DNA from: a virus
Taxonomy: Duplodnaviria; Heunggongvirae; Uroviricota; Caudoviricetes
IMG/VR virus record: IMGVR_UViG_3300042270_000314
DNA: 64,000 nt
Direction: 5' to 3' (one strand)
Each line of letters opens with the position of its first letter. Position 1 is the first letter of the stretch. The notes below the pieces were generated by a model. The model saw nothing but the letters and a program-made list of their open reading frames with translations, was not told the DNA's origin and ran no database searches. This document shows positions 44,201-53,892 of this stretch, piece by piece. Made by a program: the position numbers and the translations under genes.

Positions 44201-45451
44201 TTAAAACCCTCAATTAAATTAACCCCTTCTAGAATCAAAACATTATTGAAATATAATAACTTTGAATTTAAGGGAGCAATGCTTAGAAAGAAGCCAAGAG
44301 AAAAATGGGCAGATTACTTTGTGCGTGTTGAACAAGTATTAAAGGGAGATGCTCTCATTCCAGATATCAATTTGGAAAAAATTGAGGAAACTCAAGATCA
44401 GCTTAATGAAAAGTCTGTTGAATATTCTAAATATTATAATGGAAAACATGGAAATTCTGCTGTTGAATTTATTGAATCCTTTAATGTTAATATGAAATAT
44501 CCTGAATTTGATCAATTTAGAACAAGATTTGGAGCTAGTGAACTTATTCCAGCTTTCCATGCTTCAGGATTAACAGCATCAAACTTTATTTTAAGATTTG
44601 GGTTTACTGTTATTCCTGCAAACGATTCTTCTACTGTTGGCAGAATGCTTGATATTCATAATATGCTTTTAGTTAAACCTAAAAGTGATGGAGATGCTAT
44701 TGAAGAGTCTAATGATTATATTGAATATTTAGAAAATGGATATTTTCCTGTATCATCACGAGAATCTGGTAAACGAGTTACATATAGTGATTATCCAACA
44801 GATTTATATCATTGGAGAACAATAGATACTGTTGGTGGAATTTATGTAACTAATGTTATTGAAAAGGCTGCTCAATATCTTGGAGATGATGGTTACTCAA
44901 GAAGAGAAGGAACAGTTGGGACAATCTATGAATGTGAAGTAAATCTAGGGGATTATGGACTTCATCATCATGTTGCAGGTACCGGAAACGACTCAATTCG
45001 TTCTCCCGAATGAGCAATTTGTTGACCTCAAGCTCAAATTAACATTGTAAAAGCTCATAAAGTAATGTTCACAAATAAGAAAAGAATTAAAGAACTTAAA
45101 GCTAAATATCCTAATGCTTTAAAAGAAAACAAGTATTTTAAACGATTTGCAGATTATCTTCAGGAGCAAGAAATGATTAAAAGTAAAAATGTTATTACAT
45201 TTGTGTTTCATCAGTGTACAGTACCAACTGCTAAAGAAATTATGCCTTGGGAAGATTTTGAAAAGAAAGTTATTAAGAAATCTAACAAGATGTATGTTGA
45301 TTCAAATCAGTTTGGTATCGGTATAACCTTCCATACGGATAAAGATCTTAATGGTGTAGTTCGAGTTCCATTTACTGATGAGTTTATGGTAGATGACCCC
45401 GAAGGTTTATATTCTCAGTTTCTGATGTTAGTTGATGAATGTAAAGGTTAA
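41246..45451 (+). CDS. giant 1401-codon protein (7 in-frame TGA; no TAA/TAG for 4.2 kb) with a putative C-terminal ADP-ribosyltransferase-like domain (R...SST...YECEV); candidate virion-injected protein analogous to T4 Alt
   Basis: Track ORFs 41462.., 42446.., 42920.., 43907.. and 45065..45451 plus an upstream extension to ATG 41246 are all in the same frame separated only by TGA; C-terminal motifs FHASGLTASNF, ANDSSTVGR, GTIYECEVNLG. Confidence 0.55.
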
Positions 45452-45456
45452 GGAGA

Positions 45457-45476
45457 CGGGAGCTTCGGCTCCCTTT
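45457..45476 (+). terminator. terminator hairpin GGGAGCttcgGCTCCC+TTT (identical stem-loop to 26300-26321)
   Basis: Seen directly. Confidence 0.55.
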
Positions 45477-45480
45477 CATT

Positions 45481-45972
45481 ATGACACAATTTATTAAATT
45501 TTTGAGAATGGATCTAAAGAGTGGTGATTCTAAAAGGTCCTATTTTGGAAAGGCGGCTGCTGGTGCCATTGTATATGCTAAAAAGGAAAAAGCCTTCCTA
45601 GTTCTTCAAAGACAAAAAGATACTATAGACGGATGGAAAAAAGTCAAAGAGGCAGGAACTTGAAGCATTGTTGTTTCGGGAAAAGTTGATGATTCTGATA
45701 AATGACCAAAAATAACAGCCAAAAGAGAATTTAAAGAAGAACTGCGATATAATGGCACCTTTAAAATTTCAGAAAAACCATTTGATATTTTTGAGGATGG
45801 AGATTTTACTTTTACAACCTTTATAATAACTGTGGATGAGATATTTGAACCAAAGTTAAATTGGGAACATTCAGCTTATAAATGAATTACATCTTTTAAA
45901 GATATTCCTGCGCCTATTCATTTTGGAACAAAAAGAATTTTAAAGAAGTTGCAAATCAAATACAAAATGTAA
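45481..45972 (+). CDS. NUDIX hydrolase (163 aa, 3 in-frame TGA)
   Basis: Nudix box GKVDDSDKW*PKITAKREFKEELRY fits GX5EX7REUXEEXGU; track ORF 45481..45663 extended through TGA to TAA 45970-45972. Confidence 0.6.
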
Positions 45973-45974
45973 TT

Positions 45975-46032
45975 TGACTAATAAGTTATACATTAAGCTC
46001 TTTAATGAGTTATATGTATAACTTATTAGTCA
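45975..46032. terminator. perfect 19-bp inverted repeat TGACTAATAAGTTATACAT...ATGTATAACTTATTAGTCA between convergent gene blocks (bidirectional terminator)
   Basis: Seen directly. Confidence 0.6.
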
Positions 46033-46042
46033 TTTTTCCTAA

Positions 46043-47536
46043 TTAGAGAATTACTTCTCCAGTTTCTTCATCAATCATTTCTTCCAATATAAATTTTTTA
46101 CATAACTTTAAATTTTCTTCAAATTTATCTTCTGCTCATACAGTAAGAATTTTATAACCAGCATTAATAGCGATATTATTTTTAAAGGCGTCCCTTTCAA
46201 GTGCTTTAATATAGTCACATTCTTTGTCTCAAACATGCCTTCATTGTTCTTTTTTATCTATAGATCATGTATCTCTTACATGAGATCCATTGCCATTATA
46301 TTCTATTATAAGTTTATCAAATAATGTAAAATCAAACATAAATCTATTTTTTCTATTATTGTATGTTATACACAATTCAGAACTTTCTGGTATACCACAT
46401 TTAATATCTTTAAAATCTGCAATATTCTCTTCAAATAATCAATCTATCAATTCATAAAATAACTTTAAGGATTCTTTGGAAACCGACCTAGTATTTCCTG
46501 ATGATCTTTCACAAAACAAATTATATCTTTTTATGCCCTCATCTTCTCCATATCTATCTATAAAATTGTGTAAATTTTGTTTTGATTTTTCTCTAAATAT
46601 GGTATGTCTTCTAGTTCCTTCTTCCTTTCCATATATTCTAATCATATTATCTAATGTAGGCACACTAGACTTACTTCATCTATTATAAAAAGAAGCTCCT
46701 TCTTCCTTTCCGTATCTATTAATACAATATTTTAAAGAGCCAATGCCTTTTTTGTTACTGCAAACTTCTTTATATCTTCTAGTTCCTTCTTCCTCTCCAT
46801 ATATTCTAATCAAATTGTTTAAACCACAGCCAACTTTATTACAATATTCATTATATTTCTTTAATCCTTCTTCCTCTCCATATCTAATAATAAAGTTTTC
46901 TTTGGAATTTTTAGCAGAATTTACTCATTCATTGTATCTTCTAGTTCCTTCTTCCTCTCCATGCTTTGATATATATTCTTCTAATGTAAGATGTGATTTT
47001 GATCATTCATTGTATCTTCTAGTTCCTTCTTCCTCTCCATGCTTATAAATAAATTTTTCTTTAGATAAAGATTTTGATAAACAATATTCGTCATATTTCT
47101 TTAATCCTTCTTCTTCCCCGTGTCGTTTTATAAAATTTTGTTTATTATTTTTTGTTTTATTAACTCATTCATTGTATCTTCTAGTTCCTTCTTCCTCTCC
47201 ATATTTGTTGGTGAAGAATGCTAAGTCTCTACTACAACCAGCACAGATTTCATTGTATCTTCTAGTTCCTTCTTCCTCTCCATATAAAATTTTTAGTGCA
47301 TGAATACTCCTGGATTTGCCGCATTTTTCGCACAATGGTTTATATTTGCCAGAAGAACTTATAAAATATGTTTCATTTGTTTTACATAACTTACATATAC
47401 CGTCCATATTATCTACTTTAAGATTATTATCATAATAAAATTTAAAAGATATATTATGTTTTTTTGTTAAATGTGTTTTAAGTGCTTTCATAGATTTACA
47501 TTCTATATTGCATATAAGACATATTATTGACATCAA
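46043..47536 (-). CDS. homing-endonuclease-like protein: N-terminal Cys zinc fingers, ~10 tandem YGEEEGTRRYNE-type 25-28-aa repeats, C-terminal Vsr/DUF559-like nuclease motif (IIEYNGNGSHV); ~498 aa with ~9 in-frame TGA
   Basis: Track ORFs 47165..47536 and 46439..46663 share a frame; the intervening sequence is open with TGA as Trp (…YGEEEGTRRYNEW*VNKTKNN…); plus-strand ORFs 46476..46688 and 46743..47048 (SSSPY repeats) are its antisense. Confidence 0.55.
46590..47290. repeat. tandem DNA repeats (~78-85 bp period, core ctcattcattgtatcttctagttccttcttcctctccat) encoding the YGEEEGTRRYNEW protein repeats
   Basis: Near-identical 39-mers at ~46925, 47007, 47163, 47248 and degenerate copies at ~46600 and 46774. 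Confidence 0.65.
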
Positions 47537-47591
47537 AAAACTCCCTTTTATTTTATTTATAAAAAGGAGTTTTTAAAATTGGCGCCAGATA

Positions 47592-48650
47592 TTATTCTTC
47601 TAAAGAAACATCTTTTAGTGATTCCTTAAGTTCTTCATCGATCGTACTATATCCAGTAGCTTTAAGTTCATTATTTATTTTTTCTAACATTTCCCTGTTA
47701 AATCATGGAATAGTTTTTTCGATTCCCTGAACTTTTTCACCTGTTATAACATTTGTACATCAACCAGCCCCTGCCTTAGTAATAAATCCAAATTTTTCAG
47801 CTAAATCAAACATACCATGAACTTTGTTAATACCATGTACATAATCAATATCAACCTCACATCTATTAAATGCAGGGTAAAATCTATTTTTTAACGTGTA
47901 TGCTTTAACTACATTTCCAATTACTGTTTTATCTTTATCATATTTCTTTGACTTTTTGAGCATAATAATACAATCGGCTAAATATTTACAAGCTTTACCA
48001 CCACCTATTTCTTCTTCAGTAGCATAAAGACCAGCATTTGGACTTCCGTATGTATGCCCGGTATAAATACCAATGGAACTTTTCTTTTTAATGATTGTGG
48101 TGAATAACTTCATCATTTGCTTAATTTTTCTTGCGAGGCCACCTTGATCTGATTTAACATTTCCATCTGAAGCATCTGATAGAAGTTTATTTGATTCAAG
48201 ACCGCCAATAGAATCTAAAATAATTAAAAATTTTTCATCTTCTTCTTCAAGTAATTGTCCAAAAATAGAGCTTACATTATCTACAATTGGTTCATAAATA
48301 TATAATATCTCATCAGGGTCTAGACCCCATCTTTTTACAAATTCCCCTGATAGTCCCCCTTCAGTATCTATGATAATTACTTTATATCCTTCTTTTTGTG
48401 AATTAGCTGCACAGATACATGCAAATGAAGATTTAAAAGATGCTTCCATGCCAGCTAAAAAATTCATAGATCTAACAGGCAGCCCCTTAAAAAGATCCCC
48501 AGAAATAATTCTATTTAAATCATAACTTGGGGTACTGATTCAAGAATCACAATTCATGATTTCACTATCACTTAAAATTTCACAATGTACACCCTTAACT
48601 TTTTTATTAATTTTAGCTTTCAATTCTTTTAATGTTGTCATATTTTTTTC
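47592..48650 (-). CDS. uvsX: RecA-like recombinase UvsX, ~352 aa, 3 in-frame TGA
   Basis: Track ORF 47760..48467 extended in both directions through TGA; RIISGDLFKGLPVRSMNFLAGMEASFKSSFA matches T4 UvsX IALSGEITGGMQSGLLILAGPSKSFKSNF; RecA L2-like SDQGGLARKIKQMMKLF. Confidence 0.7.
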
Positions 48651-48653
48651 TCC

Positions 48654-49100
48654 TTAACATTTATACATATCTTCAATATTAAGATCTTCTAAATAATCTT
48701 TCATATTTTTATTTTCTAATAAATTTTTAAAAACATTAAAACATTTATCTTGTAAAAATTTCATTCTTGCTTCATGGCCATATAACATTTCTGGCATATC
48801 ATTTTCATCAAATGAAATGTAATATTCATCAACAATTTTTAAATCTTTAATATGTATAAGACCACTTAGATAAGTATATATAGCAATAATTCTTTTAGCA
48901 GAATCTAATTCACAAGAGAATCCAATAATAATATCATTTTCAAAGACAGTTAAAGTTAAATTTCCATCTAAAAGGGATATTACTTCATTTTCCTCATTAT
49001 AATAAGCAAGCTCTTTACCTAGATACTTATCATCTTTAACGATATCCCAAATTCTTTTTGTAATTTCTACATCTGATAACCCCCGCTTCCATTCATCCAT
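48654..49100 (-). CDS. hypothetical protein (148 aa)
   Basis: Track ORF. Confidence 0.4.
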   Translation of the reverse strand: MDEWKRGLSDVEITKRIWDIVKDDKYLGKELAYYNEENEVISLLDGNLTLTVFENDIIIGFSCELDSAKRIIAIYTYLSGLIHIKDLKIVDEYYISFDENDMPEMLYGHEARMKFLQDKCFNVFKNLLENKNMKDYLEDLNIEDMYKC

Positions 49101-51127
49101 TATACTTCCTCCTTAATAGAGCTATATCCATTAGATTTAATAATATTAAACCTACGATCAAATGTAAACGAACTAATTTCTTTTCTATGAGAAACAATGA
49201 ATGTAGCAAGATTGTCTTCACGTTGTTTGATAGTTACAATATTCATAAGATTTTCAATACCTTTAACATCTACAGAAGAATCCAAAATTTCATCAAGAAT
49301 AAGAATGTTTGGGAGATTTTTGCATTTTAATTTTGAAATGTCATAAAGAGCAAATTGAAGAGCCAATTCTAAAGATTTCTTTTCTCCCCCGGAAAGACTA
49401 CTGGCTGTTGCATTAGAAATTCCAGCTCCCTTGATTTCACAATCCAGCCATCCATCAAGCTTGATATAAAACCCTACGGCTGCCTCTGAGAGGTAATGGT
49501 TAGCTCTCTGGTTAATGATAGGTACTAGACTACTAATGGCATATTGCTTAATCTGGTCATCACCACAGAGCTTCTTCAGGAAGGAATAATAATCCTTCAA
49601 AAGACTAAGATTAGTATTCTTCTTTTTGAGTTCAACATTTTCACTCTTCAGAAGACTCAGTTCAGAAATAGCATTTGCTTTGTATTCTTCAAGCTTCTCA
49701 ATCTGAGCTTTTCTTTCTTCAATTCTATTTTTTTCATTTTCAATCTGAGAAAGAAGAAGATCTCTATTGTACAATGAGGCCCTTTCCTTCATTTCTTTCA
49801 ATTTTGAATTGCAATTAAATACAGTATTAGAGAATTTTTCTTTTGTTTCCTTTAGAGTCTTAATAGATTCCATAATCTCTAAATACTTACTATTTTCTTC
49901 AATTACTTTTGTTAATCTTTCAATTTCAGATTCATAATACTTATAATCCATATTAGATTTTTTAATATCATTATGCTTAGAAATAAGGAGGTTTTCCTTT
50001 TCTTCTACTTCAGTAAGCTCCTTGTTTAATCTATCTTTTTCTTTTGCTTTGTGTTCTCTAATAGATTCATTATTCATTTTAGATCCACAAATAGGACAAT
50101 TATCAAGATCTTCATATTGCCCTTTTTGTGAGACCTTTTTCAGATCTGAAAGGATGGATTCTTTCTTTACCTTATAATCGAAACACTCATCATAAAGAAG
50201 CTTTTCAAGTTCCTCATCGTAGTTTACACTAGTAAAATTCTTCTTACATTCTTCTAACTTGTCAGCAGCATTAGGGTCATAACTAATTCCCTTTAGAAGA
50301 GCATTCTTTTCTGAAAAAGCTATTTCAGCTTTATTTTTAACTACTTCAATATCTTTAATCTTTTGTTCATATTTCTCAATATCTTCTTTTGAAGGAAGAT
50401 CATCCGGGATATCGTTGAGTTGTTCCTGAAGTAACTGTAAGTGAGTATCTGAAATGTCAATACTTCGAATATCAGAAGTGTATTTTGAAACATTTATTTC
50501 TAATGAAGAAATTCTCTCTTCATTTTTCGAAACAGAAGTTTTGTTCTCTAATATTGCACTATCAATATTAGAAACTTTTTTATTAATCTTATTCTTTATA
50601 TCTGAGTATGCTTCAAGATTGAAAATGTTCTCTAGAAATTTTCTTTTCTGAGCTTTAGGAATATCAAAGATTGAAACGAAGTTATTTGGATTATAATAGA
50701 ACAAGGAAATAAAGGTTTTGTAATCAATTTTCAAAATTTCTTCTTCGAGATATTTTTGAAAATCTGTGACAGAAGCTAAAGAATCAAGTTCTTTATCGCC
50801 CTTGTAAATTTTTAGAACATTAGGTTTGATTCCTCGTTCAATCCTATATTTAATCCCATCAATAGAGAATGAAATTTCTACCAAGCATTTTTTCTTATTC
50901 TTCCAATTTACTATTTGATCTTTAGTAATATCTTTAATTGTTTTGCCAAACAATGCCCAAACAATACTTTCATTTAAACCAGATTTCCCTGCTCCATTTG
51001 ATCGTGAAGTATCCTTGTTTTGCCCTGAGATCAAAGTCAGCCCGTGGTCAATTTTAAATGTTGAAACATTAGATCCATATGATAGAAAATTCTTTATCTT
51101 GACTTCTTCTAAATGAATTATAGACAT
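49100..51127 (-). CDS. gp46: recombination endonuclease subunit gp46 (Rad50/SbcC-like ATPase)
   Basis: N-terminus KIKNFLSYGSNVSTFKIDHGLTLISGQNKDTSRSNGAGKSGL...YRIERGIKPNVLKI matches T4 gp46 (…TGRNGGGKST…YYIKRGQKPNVFEI); long coiled-coil; C-terminal LSGGEKK signature and LILDEILDS D-loop. Confidence 0.8.
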   Translation of the reverse strand: MSIIHLEEVKIKNFLSYGSNVSTFKIDHGLTLISGQNKDTSRSNGAGKSGLNESIVWALFGKTIKDITKDQIVNWKNKKKCLVEISFSIDGIKYRIERGIKPNVLKIYKGDKELDSLASVTDFQKYLEEEILKIDYKTFISLFYYNPNNFVSIFDIPKAQKRKFLENIFNLEAYSDIKNKINKKVSNIDSAILENKTSVSKNEERISSLEINVSKYTSDIRSIDISDTHLQLLQEQLNDIPDDLPSKEDIEKYEQKIKDIEVVKNKAEIAFSEKNALLKGISYDPNAADKLEECKKNFTSVNYDEELEKLLYDECFDYKVKKESILSDLKKVSQKGQYEDLDNCPICGSKMNNESIREHKAKEKDRLNKELTEVEEKENLLISKHNDIKKSNMDYKYYESEIERLTKVIEENSKYLEIMESIKTLKETKEKFSNTVFNCNSKLKEMKERASLYNRDLLLSQIENEKNRIEERKAQIEKLEEYKANAISELSLLKSENVELKKKNTNLSLLKDYYSFLKKLCGDDQIKQYAISSLVPIINQRANHYLSEAAVGFYIKLDGWLDCEIKGAGISNATASSLSGGEKKSLELALQFALYDISKLKCKNLPNILILDEILDSSVDVKGIENLMNIVTIKQREDNLATFIVSHRKEISSFTFDRRFNIIKSNGYSSIKEEV

Positions 51128-51130
51128 TTA

Positions 51131-51625
51131 TTATTCCTTAAAAAACAAATTTTCATTTACATAACGGTTTCTTAATTCCATTAAAATAAAGCCTAGATGA
51201 TTATGTTTTACTTTTACTTTTTTACATTTTTCACATTTACATACACCCCAAAAATTATCATGCCATAAGTTTCCTTCGATTAATATATAGGGGTGTGTTG
51301 CTATAAGTTTTTCTTTAATACTCTTATTATATTCAAATTTTTCATATATAATGTCTCTCATTATTTGAACTTTTACATTATTCCAATCTTCTCTTAATGT
51401 CAATTTCTTCCCTATTTCTTTGACAAGATGGGGAGTAGGGCAATCTATAATCCATTTTTTCTCTTTTGGATCAAGGGTTTTGGATGCTTGATAAGCATGT
51501 TCAGCAGTTTTCCATACAATATCATTATATAGAACAAAGGAAAAATAAAAATTACTTAGAAAGACATGTTCTCCCCTAAAAGTTTCAATACTGTTTTCAT
51601 CAAATATATTATAGATAGTAGACAT
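51131..51625 (-). CDS. NADAR (YbiA-like) domain protein
   Basis: FRGEHVFLSNFYFSF...AEHAYQASK...GNLWHDNFWG...HLGFILMELR match the NADAR/YbiA family signature. Confidence 0.65.
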   Translation of the reverse strand: MSTIYNIFDENSIETFRGEHVFLSNFYFSFVLYNDIVWKTAEHAYQASKTLDPKEKKWIIDCPTPHLVKEIGKKLTLREDWNNVKVQIMRDIIYEKFEYNKSIKEKLIATHPYILIEGNLWHDNFWGVCKCEKCKKVKVKHNHLGFILMELRNRYVNENLFFKE

Positions 51626-52025
51626 TAAAAGTTACCTCACTGTCTCCAAATACATATTTAAGTTGTTCCTTAACTGCGGGCCAAGATAACCTATCAAGCC
51701 CACAACCAATTTTAGGCATATAGACTTCTGTAATGATGTTATTTCTCATTACCTCTGCCATATTTTGGAGTGCAAAGCACATAGACTCATAAGAGGGTTT
51801 ACCGGAACTTCGTCTTTTTGTTACAATATTTAATACTGGGGAAACATAATAAGTTTTCCCTACTTCAAGAACTTCATTTCGAAGTCTTTTAATTTGTGGA
51901 TAATTTTTCACAAAATCAACCGCAATACCAGCACCCATTTCAGCATCTGCTGCAATACAATGAGCAACCACAGTATCTTTTTTAACAAAATTGAACAGGT
52001 TTCCCTGAGTTTCATTGATTATCAT
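51609..52025 (-). CDS. Macro-domain protein (ADP-ribose binding or hydrolase)
   Basis: VVAHCIAADAEMGAGIAVDF...YMPKIGCGLDRLSW match the macrodomain glycine-rich and GCG(L/I)DxL motifs. Confidence 0.6.
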   Translation of the reverse strand: MIINETQGNLFNFVKKDTVVAHCIAADAEMGAGIAVDFVKNYPQIKRLRNEVLEVGKTYYVSPVLNIVTKRRSSGKPSYESMCFALQNMAEVMRNNIITEVYMPKIGCGLDRLSWPAVKEQLKYVFGDSEVTFNVYYL

Positions 52026-52318
52026 TATTTGAATTCCTCATAGTTATACTTATATCCATTTGGAATATAATATTCTTCATGCTCATAAATGTTAACCATA
52101 CCATTATAATATGCGTTTAAGGATTTTGATGCTGAAATACAAAAAGGCGTGTCACCAAAATCCCATACAGCCTTTACAAATTTAACTTTAAAAGAATATT
52201 CATCATCCGTGGAATTGTCTTCTAATATTTCAATTTCACCAATAAGACCGGATTCTTTATATTGGTATCTTTTTCCAACCTCAACAAAATCCCAGCCACC
52301 ATTATGCCATGTTGCCAT
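52025..52318 (-). CDS. hypothetical protein (97 aa)
   Basis: Track ORF. Confidence 0.4.
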   Translation of the reverse strand: MATWHNGGWDFVEVGKRYQYKESGLIGEIEILEDNSTDDEYSFKVKFVKAVWDFGDTPFCISASKSLNAYYNGMVNIYEHEEYYIPNGYKYNYEEFK

Positions 52319-52331
52319 AATTTACACCCCC

Positions 52332-52769
52332 TTAATTTACATCACCAAATGACATATCTTTATCTTCTGAATCAATTACAATTTTTGCACCATATAAATG
52401 TTCATAGTAACCACACCAAAATGGATAAAGTTGATATTCTCTTTCTCCATCATCATGAAGTAATTTGATAGCATAATCATATCTTGAAGTTGCTTTATAA
52501 AAAGTTGCTTTAACGCAAAACTTAGGAACATTTTTTAACCATTTCTCTTCATTTACATGAGGAGGTTGGGTTGCATATGTAAACCATTCGTAATGTGCTT
52601 TGATTCTTTTTAGATTCTTTTTAGCAATATCAAGATTCTTCCATTCATACTCAAGAATAGAAGTCTCATCAGATGTTGAGAAAGAATCTCCGGCGCGATA
52701 ATAAATTTTAATTTGATAAGACATATGAACTCCAATATTAAAAGTGACTTGATAAAAATAATCTATCAA
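52332..52769 (-). CDS. hypothetical protein (145 aa)
   Basis: Track ORF. Confidence 0.4.
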   Translation of the reverse strand: MIDYFYQVTFNIGVHMSYQIKIYYRAGDSFSTSDETSILEYEWKNLDIAKKNLKRIKAHYEWFTYATQPPHVNEEKWLKNVPKFCVKATFYKATSRYDYAIKLLHDDGEREYQLYPFWCGYYEHLYGAKIVIDSEDKDMSFGDVN

Positions 52770-52797
52770 GCCACTTATCTATTGTAAATAAAATTCT

Positions 52798-53655
52798 TTA
52801 TTCTTTAATCGATAGCATCGGGGACGGCATTGTTCCTGCCATATATGTTGGCATAATTCCGTTCCACTTTTCAATTCGTTTATATTCAACAAGAGTAGCA
52901 GTAATTGAGTTAGATAGGATTTTATTTGCTTCGGCCTGTGCAAGAGCTACAAGCTTAATAGATTCTGCCTCGCCTTGTGCGGCAGCAATTTTCTTACGGG
53001 CCTCGGCTTCAGCTTCGCGGACTTGATTTTCAACCCTTTGTGCAGTCTGCGTGGCCTCAATTTTAGCGTTAAGTGCTGTAATTACGGATCCAGGAAGACG
53101 AAGATCACCAACAAAGGAAATCTGTTCAATAATAATACCAATAGGTTCAACCTTACTCTTTACAATTGATTCAACTTCATCACGAAGAGCAGCCTTACCT
53201 TCACCATAAACAAATTCAACAGGCTTATTTGAAGATGCTACGACAAAAGCATCTCGCACAATATTCCTTAGATAAATGTCAGTAATTTCTTCTACACCCT
53301 TACGATACTTCTGGAAAATATCATTAACCTTATTTGGATCAATGTGATACGCAATACCAATATCAGCATTTACAGAAAGACCTTCCTTTGTCTGAAACGT
53401 AATTGATTCATCATCAGGAGAACCTTCACGAGAATCTGCAGACCAAACATAATTCTGAGTATATGTTGGAAAAATATATAGTTCTTCATTCCAACCAATC
53501 CAATATCGTCCAACACCAAGCTCTTCAGTGTCAACCCCTTTATTTCCACCAAGAAGATAAACCTTCACACCAACATTGCCAGAAGGTACTTTGGTACAAG
53601 CTACACTTCCAAAAGTCAACACCATAAACAGAATTAGATAAACAAGATTTTTCAT
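52798..53655 (-). CDS. SPFH/band-7 (stomatin/prohibitin/HflK/C-like) lipoprotein
   Basis: Signal peptide with lipobox (…FGSVAC); central SPFH fold; C-terminal Ala/Glu-rich coiled coil (AEAEARKKIAAAQGEAESIKLVALAQAEANK). Confidence 0.6.
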   Translation of the reverse strand: MKNLVYLILFMVLTFGSVACTKVPSGNVGVKVYLLGGNKGVDTEELGVGRYWIGWNEELYIFPTYTQNYVWSADSREGSPDDESITFQTKEGLSVNADIGIAYHIDPNKVNDIFQKYRKGVEEITDIYLRNIVRDAFVVASSNKPVEFVYGEGKAALRDEVESIVKSKVEPIGIIIEQISFVGDLRLPGSVITALNAKIEATQTAQRVENQVREAEAEARKKIAAAQGEAESIKLVALAQAEANKILSNSITATLVEYKRIEKWNGIMPTYMAGTMPSPMLSIKE

Positions 53656-53658
53656 AAA

Positions 53659-53892
53659 CTACTCCTTTGATTTAAGTTTTCTAACAATAGGTAAAATCTT
53701 CTTCATAATGATAAAAGCAATCATAATTGGGGATACAGCAATTGTAAACACCCCAAGGAAAAAAAGTTCAGTGTTTGCAGCCGAAATTAGATAGGGCGCA
53801 GCATACCCAAACGAAAAAGCAAACACACACAAAAGAATAGCCCCCCATACATACAACTTAACATAGTCATTCATAATTATCCTCATTACCAA
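53659..53892 (-). CDS. small 2-TM membrane protein (possible NfeD-like partner of the SPFH protein)
   Basis: Two hydrophobic helices; immediately upstream of the SPFH gene. Confidence 0.4.
   Translation of the reverse strand: MVMRIIMNDYVKLYVWGAILLCVFAFSFGYAAPYLISAANTELFFLGVFTIAVSPIMIAFIIMKKILPIVRKLKSKE

Noticed and set aside
46476-47048. Plus-strand ORFs 46476..46688 and 46743..47048 with repeated SSSPY(L/F) motifs
   Set aside because: They are the antisense reading of the minus-strand YGEEEG tandem repeats (46043..47536). Their 'proteins' are low-complexity mirror images with no start context.
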